Of a DNA stretch of 64,000 nt, positions 38,261-47,821 are shown in pieces (position 1 is the stretch's first letter; each line of letters opens with the position of its first letter). A program made the position numbers and the translations under genes. The stretch is taken from contig OZ251539.1 in the NCBI GenBank assembly GCA_965243135.1, positions 1,472,001 to 1,536,000 of the forward strand, in the 5' to 3' direction. This DNA comes from Alphaproteobacteria bacterium. Its GTDB lineage: Bacteria; Pseudomonadota; Alphaproteobacteria; MPNO01; UBA830. The notes below the pieces were generated by a model, which saw nothing but the letters and a program-made list of their open reading frames with translations, was not told the DNA's origin and searched no databases.

Positions 38261-39037
38261 ATGCCACGCTGTCTCGTCGACATTTCCGTGCCGCTCGAAG
38301 CGGGGATCAAGTCCGACCCCGACTTCATGTTGCCGAAGATCGTCTACCGCGGCCACGCCGAAACCGCGAAGGACGTCTGCGCGCTGTTTCCCGGCCTCGA
38401 GCCCGAACAGCTGCCGGACGGCATGGGCTGGGCGATCGAGGAGATCGAGCTTACGACCCACAACGGCACGCATGTCGACGCTCCGTGGCACTATCACCCG
38501 ACGATGGACGGCGGCAGGCGCGCCGCCGCGATCGACGAAATCCCGCTCGACTGGTGTTACAGGCCCGGGGTCAAGTTCGATTTCCGCCATTTCGAAGACG
38601 GATATCTCGTCACGCCCCGCGACATGCAGGCGGAGCTCGACCGCATAGGCCACGAGCTGAAGCCGTACGACATCGTCGTGGTCAACACTTCGGCCGGAGA
38701 GCGCTACGGCAAGGACGACTACCTTTCGAAAGGCTGCGGCTTCGGCCGCGAATCCACGCTGTGGCTGACGGAACGAGGCGTGCGAGTCGTCGGCACCGAC
38801 GCCTGGACCTGGGACGCGCCGTTTCCGCATACCCTCGAGCGCTGGAAGCGGACGCGGGATCCCTCGATCATCTGGGAAGGCCACAAGGCCGGGATGGAAA
38901 GGGGATATTGCCAGATCGAGAAGATGGGCAATCTGGACAAGCTGCCGTCGACCGGCTTCGAAGTCATCTGTTTCCCGACCAGGATCAAGGGCGCGTCGGG
39001 CGGCTGGACCCGCGCGGTCGCGGTCATCGACGAGTAG
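38261..39037 (+). CDS. Cyclase family metal-dependent hydrolase (kynurenine formamidase-like)
   Basis: HNGTHVDAPWH (HxGTHxDxPxH), VVGTDAW, QIEKM. Confidence 0.9.
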   Translation: MPRCLVDISVPLEAGIKSDPDFMLPKIVYRGHAETAKDVCALFPGLEPEQLPDGMGWAIEEIELTTHNGTHVDAPWHYHPTMDGGRRAAAIDEIPLDWCYRPGVKFDFRHFEDGYLVTPRDMQAELDRIGHELKPYDIVVVNTSAGERYGKDDYLSKGCGFGRESTLWLTERGVRVVGTDAWTWDAPFPHTLERWKRTRDPSIIWEGHKAGMERGYCQIEKMGNLDKLPSTGFEVICFPTRIKGASGGWTRAVAVIDE

Positions 39038-39076
39038 AAACCGGCCCCGTGCGGGCGAAGCCAAGGAACGAAGACT

Positions 39077-40015
39077 ATGGCGAAAGACGGAAAAGTCATC
39101 ATCACCTGCGCGGTAACCGGGTCGATTCACACGCCCACGATGTCGCCGCATCTGCCGATCACTCCGGACGAGATCGCCGAAGGCGCTGTCGCCGCCGCGG
39201 AGGCGGGCGCTTCGATCCTGCATCTGCATGCGCGGGATCCGAAGGACGGCCGCCCGACGCCCGACCCCGCGGTGTTCATGGAGTTTCTGCCGCGAATCAA
39301 GCAGCAGACGGACGCTGTCGTGAACATCACGACGGGCGGCGGACACGGCATGACGCTCGAAGAGCGCTGCGCGGCGGCGCTGCATGCGAGTCCGGAGATG
39401 ACGTCGCTCAACATGGGGTCGATGAACTTCGGACTCTTCCCGATACTCGACAAGGGCATGGACTGGCGGCACGAGTGGGAACCGGCCTATCTGGAGATGA
39501 CGCGGGATTTTATCTTCAGGAATACTTTCAAGGATATAGAATGGGTTCTTAAGGAACTAGGCGAAGGCCATGGCGTGCGCTTCGAGTACGAGTGCTACGA
39601 CATGGGGCACCTCTACAACCTGGCGCATTTCCTCGACCGCGGGATGATCGAGCCGCCGGTCTTCGTGCAGACGATCTTCGGCATACTCGGCGGCATCGGG
39701 GCCGACATCGAGAATCTCGCGCACATGCGGCGGATTGCCAACAAGCTGTTCGGAGAAGAAAACTACGAATGGTCGATCCTGGCGGCCGGCCGTCATCAGA
39801 TGAACTTCGTCACGACCGGCGCCATCATGGGCGGCAACGTCCGCGTCGGTCTCGAGGATTCGCTTTATCTCGGCAAGGGCGTCCTCGCCGAGAGCAATGC
39901 CGATCAGGTCGCGAAGATCCGGCGGATCGTCGAGGATCTCTCGCTCGAGGTCGCCACTCCGGCCGAGGCGCGCGAACGGCTGAGGCTCAAGGGCGGCGAC
40001 ATGGTGAAGTTCTGA
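39077..40015 (+). CDS. Beta-keto acid cleavage enzyme (DUF849/Kce family)
   Basis: IITCAVTG, LHLHAR, TTGG, SLNMGS, NVRVGLED. Confidence 0.93.
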   Translation: MAKDGKVIITCAVTGSIHTPTMSPHLPITPDEIAEGAVAAAEAGASILHLHARDPKDGRPTPDPAVFMEFLPRIKQQTDAVVNITTGGGHGMTLEERCAAALHASPEMTSLNMGSMNFGLFPILDKGMDWRHEWEPAYLEMTRDFIFRNTFKDIEWVLKELGEGHGVRFEYECYDMGHLYNLAHFLDRGMIEPPVFVQTIFGILGGIGADIENLAHMRRIANKLFGEENYEWSILAAGRHQMNFVTTGAIMGGNVRVGLEDSLYLGKGVLAESNADQVAKIRRIVEDLSLEVATPAEARERLRLKGGDMVKF

Positions 40016-40037
40016 TTTTCCGGCGGCGCGTTCGCCG

Positions 40038-41813
40038 TCAAGGGGCCGAGAGCGTTATGCGGAACGCGTGATCGACGGAGGCGCGGGCCGCCGCCGCGGC
40101 AAGTCCGGCCTCGGTTCCGGCGCGAATTCGATACAGCGGCGCATCGCGGGATATCCGGTCGCCCGGGCGCGCCATGAGTTCGATTCCCGCGCCCTTGTCG
40201 GCCGGCGCGCCCGCGGCGCGGGCGATGCCCGCTAGTCGAAAGCAGTTCACGGCTTCGATTTCCCCGTCGGAGCCTGCCGCGACCTCGGCCGCGTGAATTC
40301 CGACGGCGACGGGTTCGGGAACGCGGCCTTGGGCGGAGATCATTCGCTGCAGCGTTTCGTGCGCGGCGCCGCCGTCCAGAAGATCTTGCGCCCGCTTGCG
40401 GGCGTCGGCCTCCGTCATGGCCGGATCGAAGCGGAGAACGGCCGCCGCGAACTCCAACGCCTTTTCGCGCAGGTCGGCCGGCGCGCCGGCGTCGTCGCGC
40501 AGCACCGCCAGCGCGTCGCGCGCTTCCAGCGCGGGTCCGACTCCCCGTCCCACCGGTTGGCGTCCGTTCGTCAGGCGAACGTCGAGCTCGAGCCCCAGCG
40601 CCAGGCCGACATGCAGGAACAGGTCGCGCAATTTCGTCGCCGCGGCCTCGCCGCGAACCTTGGCGGTGGGACCGACCGGAACGTCGATGACGCAGTGAGT
40701 GGCGCCGGCCGCAACCTTCTTCGACAGGATCGACGCCACCGACCATGCGAGAGAGTCGATCCGCCGCGGGCGGGTGATCGCGTTCATCACGTCGTCCACT
40801 CGCGAGTGGGTTAACCGACCGTTCCAGACGATGCATCCGTTGGTCTCGCGCACGACGCGCCGCACCGCGTCCGCGTCGAGGTCGACCCGCGCCAGAACTT
40901 CCATCGCGTCCGCGGTGCCCGCCGGGGACGTGATCGCCCGGGACGACGCCTTGGGAATCGTCATGCCGTGCGCCGCGACGATCGGAACCACGATCGGAGT
41001 GATCCGGCTTCCCGGAATGCCGCCCATCGAATGCTTGTCGGCGACGAGATCCGCTTCCCACGCCAGCCGCTGCGCGAACTCGATGCGGGCGCGCGCAAGA
41101 CTGACCGTTTCGTCTCTGGCGAGCGTGGCCGCGGTCGCCGCCAGAAAATCAGCGACTTCTCCGTCGTCGAAACGGCCGGCGACGATGTCGCCCAACGCCT
41201 CCCGATAGCCCCTGCAGTCGAGCCTCGCGCCGTTGCTCTTGCGAACGAACGGCGAAGGATGCGATCGCGTGCCGCGGCGAAGCGCGTCGACGAAGCGGTC
41301 GACTCCCTCCTGCACGGTTCCCTCGTTGACGATCGCAATGCGGCTCGCGCCATCCGGAATGTCGGGGGAGGGTCGCGAGAGACGGCGGGCGATGTCGGCG
41401 GTCGTCTCCCGGGATCGCCTCGAAAGGCGAGCGGCAAGGATTTCGGTCGGCGCGGTCACCTCGAGCAGGAGGACGGGGGAATAGCGCGCGATGGCCTGGC
41501 CGACGATTCCGCGCGAGACGTTCGCGACGACGTGACGGCCGGACGCGAGCTCGGTTTCGCAGGAGGCCGGTATGCCGTATTTCAATCCGTGCGCGTTCCA
41601 GTGAAGCATGAATCCGCCCGCGGCGAGGCGTTCCGCGAACGCGGTCCGGGACATCGCTTCGTGGCGCTCGCCTCCGGCGGCGCACGGTCGCGTGATGGCG
41701 CGCCGGACGAAAGCGTACCGGGGGTCGCCTGCGAGCGCGCTGCGCGCGCCGTCAATCAGGGTGTCCTTTCCCGCGCCGCTGGGACCGACGACCAGGACGA
41801 GCGTGCCGGACAT
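40038..41813 (-). CDS. Fusion: ribose 1,5-bisphosphokinase (PhnN) + AMP/thymidine phosphorylase family domain
   Basis: N-terminal VVGPSGAGKDTL, RRAITRP, HGLKYGIP, ANVSR; C-terminal DKHSMGGIPG, PKASSRAITSPAGTADAMEVLA, SILSKK, QPVGRGVGPALEA, GAPADKGAG; one uninterrupted ORF. Confidence 0.9.
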   Translation of the reverse strand: MSGTLVLVVGPSGAGKDTLIDGARSALAGDPRYAFVRRAITRPCAAGGERHEAMSRTAFAERLAAGGFMLHWNAHGLKYGIPASCETELASGRHVVANVSRGIVGQAIARYSPVLLLEVTAPTEILAARLSRRSRETTADIARRLSRPSPDIPDGASRIAIVNEGTVQEGVDRFVDALRRGTRSHPSPFVRKSNGARLDCRGYREALGDIVAGRFDDGEVADFLAATAATLARDETVSLARARIEFAQRLAWEADLVADKHSMGGIPGSRITPIVVPIVAAHGMTIPKASSRAITSPAGTADAMEVLARVDLDADAVRRVVRETNGCIVWNGRLTHSRVDDVMNAITRPRRIDSLAWSVASILSKKVAAGATHCVIDVPVGPTAKVRGEAAATKLRDLFLHVGLALGLELDVRLTNGRQPVGRGVGPALEARDALAVLRDDAGAPADLREKALEFAAAVLRFDPAMTEADARKRAQDLLDGGAAHETLQRMISAQGRVPEPVAVGIHAAEVAAGSDGEIEAVNCFRLAGIARAAGAPADKGAGIELMARPGDRISRDAPLYRIRAGTEAGLAAAAARASVDHAFRITLSAP

Positions 41814-41820
41814 GCGGCGG

Positions 41821-42714
41821 CTACTTCAGGATCGTGACGTCGAGACCGATGTCGGCGGCGGGAGCCGACTGCGTCATGCGGCCGACGGAAAGCGCGTCAA
41901 CGCCGGATTCGGCCTTTTCCGCGATGTCGTCCAATCCGATGCCGCCCGAAGCTTCCGTGCGGCAGCGGCCGGCGACGATTTCCAGTCCCTTTCCCATCGT
42001 CTCGGCCGACATGTTGTCGAACATGATGACGTCGGCGCCCGCCGCGGCGGCTTCCTCTACCTGTTCGAGCGTGTCGCATTCGACTTCGATCTTGGTGAGG
42101 ACCGGCGTCAACGCGCGCGCTTGGGCGACCGCCTTGGTTATCGAGCCGTGCACCGCGATATGGTTGTCCTTGATGATTACGCCGTCGTGAAGGCCGAGGC
42201 GGTGCGGGCGGGCGCCTCCGACGCAGGCGGCGTATTTCGAGAGCAGCCGCAGGCCGGGCACCGTCTTGCGGGTGTCGATGAGCTGCGTTCGGGTATGGGC
42301 GATCGCCGAAGCGTACCGGTTCACCAGAGTCGCGATGCCGCACATGAACTGAAGGACGTTGAGCGAGGTGCGTTCGACGGTCAGCAAACCGCGCGCCGGC
42401 CCCCTGACTCTCATCATCGCCGCGCCCGCGCCGGCCTTCGCGCCGTCTTCGACGAGAGTCTCGACGGAAGCATCCGGAACCATGTGGCGAAACACTTCCG
42501 CCGCGACCTCGATGCCCGCGACCACGATGTTCTGGCGGGTGTTCATCGCGAAATCAGCCCTTGCGCCGGCCGGAATCAGAATGTTCGTCGTCAGATCCCG
42601 GTCGCCCGCGTCTTCGGCGACCCAGCTTTCGATCATGCGGCGAAGCGCTTCCGCCGAGGGCAGGAGAAATCCCGGATCTCCGCGCATTTCGCTCGGCGCG
42701 TCCGTTTTCGTCAT
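41821..42714 (-). CDS. nadC: Quinolinate phosphoribosyltransferase (decarboxylating)
   Basis: ERTSLN, DTRKTVPGLR, HRLGLHD..IIKDNH, EVECD, FDNM, EASGGI. Confidence 0.95.
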   Translation of the reverse strand: MTKTDAPSEMRGDPGFLLPSAEALRRMIESWVAEDAGDRDLTTNILIPAGARADFAMNTRQNIVVAGIEVAAEVFRHMVPDASVETLVEDGAKAGAGAAMMRVRGPARGLLTVERTSLNVLQFMCGIATLVNRYASAIAHTRTQLIDTRKTVPGLRLLSKYAACVGGARPHRLGLHDGVIIKDNHIAVHGSITKAVAQARALTPVLTKIEVECDTLEQVEEAAAAGADVIMFDNMSAETMGKGLEIVAGRCRTEASGGIGLDDIAEKAESGVDALSVGRMTQSAPAADIGLDVTILK

Positions 42715-42874
42715 GCTTCGCCTCTCGAATCAGCTATAATCGTTTCTACGCAGGCGAGTTCGCCGACGCAAGGTTCAGGGCGGCCCGGCTGCGGGAACCG
42801 GTGGAGGACCTATGGACAACGGGACCGAGGCGGCGCGTCCGTTCGGACTGCCACACAGCGGAGAAGGAAACGAG

Positions 42875-43189
42875 ATGATCACGGTACTGGTGACCTACAA
42901 GCTTGCCGACGGCGTCGACCGCGCGGCGGCCCATGCGATGTCGCGGCAGGCGGCGCCGCGGTTCCGGGGAATCGACGGCCTTTGCAGCAAGCACTTTCTC
43001 TACCAGGAGGAAGAGGGGCTCGGCGGCGGCTTCTATACATGGGAGAGCCGCGAGAAGGCGGAGGCGTTTCATTCGGACGCCTGGCTGGATTCCATGGAGC
43101 AGCGCATGGGGTCGCGGCCCGAGCTGAGGTATTTCGAGACGGCGGTTCTCGTCGACAATTCGGCCGGCGAAATCCAGACCGCGGCGTGA
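42875..43189 (+). CDS. YdhR-like putative monooxygenase (dimeric alpha-beta barrel)
   Basis: GLCSKHFL...GGGFYTWESREKAEAFH; SD AAGGA before ATG 42875. Confidence 0.75.
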   Translation: MITVLVTYKLADGVDRAAAHAMSRQAAPRFRGIDGLCSKHFLYQEEEGLGGGFYTWESREKAEAFHSDAWLDSMEQRMGSRPELRYFETAVLVDNSAGEIQTAA

Positions 43190-43246
43190 GCCGCGCGCGG
43201 CTCGACGACAAGGGCCGCGCCGCTTCGCCGCGCCCCGGGCGTCAAT

Positions 43247-44647
43247 CTATCGCCTGACCTGTTCGACCAGGCGCCGAATGGACGGGTCGTCCTTGCCCAT
43301 TGGCCTGACGCGGGCGAATTTCTCGCGTTCCTCGCCGCGCCAGGTCGCGGGCTTGGTGGCGTCGATGGCGAGCTTGCCGCCGACGCGCATGACCGTATAG
43401 TCCTTCCGCACTTCCGGGATCGAGATGTCCAGCGGATGCAGGCGCGTCCCCGGGATGACGTGCGCCATCGTTTCGGGGTTGCAGCGGCAGGCGATCGCCC
43501 ACAGCACGTCCTGCGCGTTGTAGATGTCGACGTCTTCGTCGACGGCGATGGCGACCTTGACGTGCAGATTCGGTCCCGACAGCGCCGAGATGAGCGTGTC
43601 GCGCGCTTGGCCGTCCCACTGCGCTTGCATCTGGACGATCATCATGAACTGCGAAGCCCAAGGCGGCACGAAGACGTCGAGAACGTTCGTGTTGCCGTGC
43701 GTGTCCCGCAGCCGGTTGTAGTAGGCCGCTTCCATCGGGAGGGTGATCAGGGGCTGGTGGTCCGTGAACCACGTCGCCTGTATGTGGCGGAAAATCGGGT
43801 CGCGTCGATGCGTGATGCCGGTGATCCGGTAAACCGGCGCAGGTCCCTCTGCGCCCGCGCCGAACGTCGTAAACTCGCCGAACGGCCCCTCCGGCGCCCG
43901 GTCGCGCGGATGAACGAGTCCTTCGATGACGATTTCGGCGTGAGCGGGGACCTCGAGGTCGATGGTTTCGCATCTGACCATCTCGATGTCCTCGCCGAGG
44001 ATGCCGGCTCCGTACTCCAGCTCGTCGAAGTCCTCGTGCTTTCCTGACCAGTTCGACATGATCTCGTACACCGGGTGCAGGCCGATGGCGAAAGCCATGG
44101 GCATCGGTTCGTCCTTCGCGGCGTATTTCATGTAATGCGCATAGTTGTGGCGGGCGGCCATCCAGAAGGTCGCTTTGTTCGGGTCGTCCGTCAGCATCAT
44201 CCGGATGATCGCTTCGTTGCGGATGCCGGTTTCGGGATCCTTGGTGATCGTGATGCCCGACCCGAGGTAGCGGCCGCCGTCGCCATGGCTGTGCTGCGGG
44301 ATGGGGAGCGCCCGTAGATCGACCGCGTCGCCGAGCAGCTTCACCTCCTTGACCGGACCGTCGCCGACCATGACCGAGCGGCCGCGTTCGGTGGCCATCC
44401 GCTCGGCGAGATAGGGGCAGACCTCCTGTGCGCGATCGAGTCCGAACGCGGCCGCCTGTCCCTCCCGGTCCATGATCAGCATGTCCGCGAGACGCCAGCC
44501 GGGGTAGCCCTTGAGGTTGTGGAACGTCAGCGGGCCCTTGCTTTCGGAGCACAGGTAGCCGACCTGGGTGACGGGATCGACTTCGTCATGGATGTGCAGC
44601 ATGCGGTTGTCGATGGTTTCGAGAAAACTGCGCAATGTGTGCGGCAT
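43247..44647 (-). CDS. UbiD family (prFMN-dependent) decarboxylase
   Basis: HSHGDGGRYL, VPAHAEIVIEG, EGPFGEF, VDEDVDI, IDATKP. Confidence 0.92.
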   Translation of the reverse strand: MPHTLRSFLETIDNRMLHIHDEVDPVTQVGYLCSESKGPLTFHNLKGYPGWRLADMLIMDREGQAAAFGLDRAQEVCPYLAERMATERGRSVMVGDGPVKEVKLLGDAVDLRALPIPQHSHGDGGRYLGSGITITKDPETGIRNEAIIRMMLTDDPNKATFWMAARHNYAHYMKYAAKDEPMPMAFAIGLHPVYEIMSNWSGKHEDFDELEYGAGILGEDIEMVRCETIDLEVPAHAEIVIEGLVHPRDRAPEGPFGEFTTFGAGAEGPAPVYRITGITHRRDPIFRHIQATWFTDHQPLITLPMEAAYYNRLRDTHGNTNVLDVFVPPWASQFMMIVQMQAQWDGQARDTLISALSGPNLHVKVAIAVDEDVDIYNAQDVLWAIACRCNPETMAHVIPGTRLHPLDISIPEVRKDYTVMRVGGKLAIDATKPATWRGEEREKFARVRPMGKDDPSIRRLVEQVRR

Positions 44648-44779
44648 GACCGACGGCTCCTTGGCGAGGCACGGCCGTCGTCCGCGCGGCCGAGGCCGTC
44701 GGGACGGCGCGCCTGATTTGAAAATCGTTCGCTGCGGGCATATTAACGTTTCGCGATCGAACAGGGAAAGGATCGACGG

Positions 44780-45994
44780 ATGGCGACGATGGCGGCTAGG
44801 GCGGCCGGGCATTCACCCCGCGTCTGGGGGAAGTTCGGTTGGGAAGATCCGATGAAGCTGGACGAACAGCTTACCGAGGACGAACGAATGGTGCGGGAGA
44901 CGGCCCGCCAGTACGCGCGGGAAAAGCTGATGCCGCGGATCGTCGACGCTTACAACGAGCAGCGCGTGGACAGGGACGTAATCCCCGAAATGGGCCAGCT
45001 CGGCTTGCTCGGTTCGACCATTCGCGGATACGGCTGCGCCGGCGTCAGCTACGTCGCCTACGGTCTGATCGCCCGCGAGATCGAAATGGTCGATTCGTCG
45101 TATCGATCGACGCTGTCCGTGCAGTCGAGTCTCGTCATGTGGCCCATCTACAACTACGGGACCGAGGAACAGCGCCGGAAATACCTGCCCGGGCTCGCCA
45201 GCGGCGAGTCGATCGGAGCGTTCGGCCTGACGGAGCCGGATCACGGGTCGGATCCCGGCGGCATGAAAACCCGGGCGGTCAAGGCGGACGGCGGCTATCG
45301 GCTGAACGGCAGCAAGACCTGGATCTCCAATTCGCCGATCGCGGACTTGTTCGTAGTTTGGGGCAAGGACGACGAGGGCATCATCCGAGGCTTCATTCTC
45401 GAGCGCGGCATGGAGGGCCTGTCCACGCCGAAGCTTCACAACAAGCTCAGCTTGCGGGCTTCCGTCACGGGCGAAATCGTCATGGACAACGTCTTCGTTC
45501 CGGACGAGAACTACCTTCCCGAAGCGCGCGGGCTCGGGGGTCCCTTCGGCTGCCTCAACAACGCCCGCTACGGCATCGCATGGGGCGCGCTCGGCGCCGC
45601 CGAGTTCTGCTGGCAGGCGGCGCGCGGCTACGCGCTCGACCGCACCCAGTTCGGCAAGCCGCTCGCTTCCTATCAGCTCGTCCAGAAGAAGCTCGCCGAC
45701 ATGCAGAGCGAGATCTTCATCGGCTATCAGTCCTGTCTCCGCATGGGCCGGATGATGGACGACGGATCGTGCTCGCCGGAGCTGATATCGATGCTCAAGC
45801 GCAATTCCACCGGAAAGGCGCGGGACATTTGCCGGGACGCCCGCGACATCCACGGCGGCAACGGCATCATGGACGAATACCACGTCATGCGGCACTTGAT
45901 GAACATGGAAACGATTTACACTTACGAAGGCACGCACGACATCCACGCGCTGATCCTCGGGCGGGCGCAGACGGGCATCCAGGCGTTCTTCTGA
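44780..45994 (+). CDS. gcdH: Glutaryl-CoA dehydrogenase
   Basis: [67 protein letters not shown]. Confidence 0.93.
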   Translation: MATMAARAAGHSPRVWGKFGWEDPMKLDEQLTEDERMVRETARQYAREKLMPRIVDAYNEQRVDRDVIPEMGQLGLLGSTIRGYGCAGVSYVAYGLIAREIEMVDSSYRSTLSVQSSLVMWPIYNYGTEEQRRKYLPGLASGESIGAFGLTEPDHGSDPGGMKTRAVKADGGYRLNGSKTWISNSPIADLFVVWGKDDEGIIRGFILERGMEGLSTPKLHNKLSLRASVTGEIVMDNVFVPDENYLPEARGLGGPFGCLNNARYGIAWGALGAAEFCWQAARGYALDRTQFGKPLASYQLVQKKLADMQSEIFIGYQSCLRMGRMMDDGSCSPELISMLKRNSTGKARDICRDARDIHGGNGIMDEYHVMRHLMNMETIYTYEGTHDIHALILGRAQTGIQAFF

Positions 45995-46016
45995 GGCCGC
46001 CGCGCCGGGGCGCGCC

Positions 46017-47240
46017 ATGGTCCGGCCGCTGGAGCATGTCCGCGTACTCGATCTGAGCCGCATCCTCGCCGGGCCGTGGGCGGGGCAGACCTTCGCCGAT
46101 CTCGGCGCGGAGGTCATCAAGATCGAACGGCCGGGCAGGGGAGACGACACGCGAGCTTGGGGGCCTCCCTACGCAGTCAGTCCTGATGGCGGGGAAACGG
46201 GCGAATCGGCTTATTTCCTGTCGGCCAACCGCGGCAAGAAATCGGTGACCGTCGACCTCGGCAAGCCGGAAGGCCAGGAGGTCGTCCGAGCCCTGGCGGA
46301 AACGTCGGACGTGTTGATCGAAAACTACAAGGCTGGCGGCCTGGCGGCGTACGGGCTCGATTACGAGGCGCTACGGCGGGTCAACCCGCGCCTGGTGTAC
46401 TGCTCCATCACGGGATTCGGACAGACCGGCCCGTACAGCGGCCGCGCCGGTTACGATTTCCTCATTCAAGCCATGGGCGGCCTGATGAGCGTCACGGGAG
46501 AGGCGGACGACCGGCCGGGCGGCGGCCCTCAAAAGGTCGGCGTCGCGCTGACGGACATCGTCACCGGGCTGTACACGACCGTCGCCGCGCTTTCGGCGCT
46601 CGCATGGCGCGAGAAGACCGGGCGCGGCCAGCACGTGGACATGGCGCTGCTGGACGCGACGGTCGCCGCGATGGCCAATCAGGCGATGAATTACCTGATC
46701 GGGGGCAGGGCTCCGGAACGGATGGGCAATGCGCATCCGAACGTGGTTCCGTACCAAGCCTACAAAACGGCCGACCACTACGTCATTCTCGCGGTCGGCA
46801 ACGACGAACAGTTCAGGAGGTTCTGCGAAGTCGCGGGCCGTTCGCAGCTGGCGGACGACGAACGCTTCGCGACCAATCGCGCCAGGGTGGTCAACAGGCG
46901 CCTGCTGGGCCCGATTCTCGACGAGGCCATCGGATCCAGGCCGCGCGCCTTCTGGCTGGAAGAGCTCGAGAAGGCGGGCGTTCCCTGCGGGCCGATCAAC
47001 GATCTGGCGCAGACGTTCGGCGACCCGCATGTCCTGGCGCGCGGCATGCGGCGCGAGCTTGAGCATCCGACCGCGATTTCGGTTCCCACGGTGGCGAATC
47101 CGATTCGGTTCTCGGAATCTCCCATCGAATACGACCGCGCGCCGCCGACGCTCGGTCAGCATACGGAGGAAATTCTGTCCGGCTTGCTCGGCAAGGACGC
47201 CTCGGAGATCGAGCGATTGCGGGAAATCGGGGCTATCTGA
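46017..47240 (+). CDS. CaiB/BaiF CoA-transferase (probable succinyl-CoA:glutarate CoA-transferase)
   Basis: VLDLSRILAGPW, NRGKKS, GYDFLIQAMGGLMS; directly downstream of gcdH. Confidence 0.9.
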   Translation: MVRPLEHVRVLDLSRILAGPWAGQTFADLGAEVIKIERPGRGDDTRAWGPPYAVSPDGGETGESAYFLSANRGKKSVTVDLGKPEGQEVVRALAETSDVLIENYKAGGLAAYGLDYEALRRVNPRLVYCSITGFGQTGPYSGRAGYDFLIQAMGGLMSVTGEADDRPGGGPQKVGVALTDIVTGLYTTVAALSALAWREKTGRGQHVDMALLDATVAAMANQAMNYLIGGRAPERMGNAHPNVVPYQAYKTADHYVILAVGNDEQFRRFCEVAGRSQLADDERFATNRARVVNRRLLGPILDEAIGSRPRAFWLEELEKAGVPCGPINDLAQTFGDPHVLARGMRRELEHPTAISVPTVANPIRFSESPIEYDRAPPTLGQHTEEILSGLLGKDASEIERLREIGAI

Positions 47241-47317
47241 ACTGGGTCCGCGAGCCGTCTTGACCGCGCCGCGGCCGTTCGTCATCCTTTGCGCGTCAGC
47301 ATCGGGGACATCGCTTC

Positions 47318-47821
47318 ATGGCGTTGCCTGCGACGGACGAGGCCAAGCGCGAAGCCGGCGCCGCGAAGGACGGCGCGCCGGCTTTCGCGCTCCGCAAGCA
47401 GGTCGGCCATCTGCTGCGCCGGGCGCATCAGCGTCATACGGCGATCTTTCAGGCGATGATCGGCGACGGCCGGGTGACGCCGTTGCAGTTCGCCGTTTTG
47501 ACGACGCTCGCGGACATGGACGAAGCGTCGCAGAATCATCTCGGCCGTCTCACGGCCATGGACGCGGCCACCATGCAGGGCGTGATCAAGCGTCTGCTCG
47601 CTCGCGGGTTGATCAGGCGCCGCGCGGACCCGGGAGACCGGCGGCGCCTGCTGCTCACGTTGTCGGGGGCGGGCGAAGAGTTGGTGGCCGAGGTCACGGA
47701 TCGCGGCCACGCGATCAGCGAACGAACGCTGGAACCGCTGTCGGCCGCCGAACGGAAGACCTTTCTCCGCTTGCTCGGTCGCTTGTCGAGCAGCCCCGCT
47801 TCGAGGCGGCCCGTCGCCTAG
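47318..47821 (+). CDS. MarR family transcriptional regulator (NicR-like)
   Basis: QVGHLLRRAHQRHTAIF, TPLQFA, SQNHLGRLTAMDAATMQGVIKRL, DRRR. Confidence 0.88.
   Translation: MALPATDEAKREAGAAKDGAPAFALRKQVGHLLRRAHQRHTAIFQAMIGDGRVTPLQFAVLTTLADMDEASQNHLGRLTAMDAATMQGVIKRLLARGLIRRRADPGDRRRLLLTLSGAGEELVAEVTDRGHAISERTLEPLSAAERKTFLRLLGRLSSSPASRRPVA

Noticed and set aside
40038-41813. Phosphonate (C-P lyase) utilisation locus
   Set aside because: Only a PhnN domain is present; phnC-M are absent from the window.
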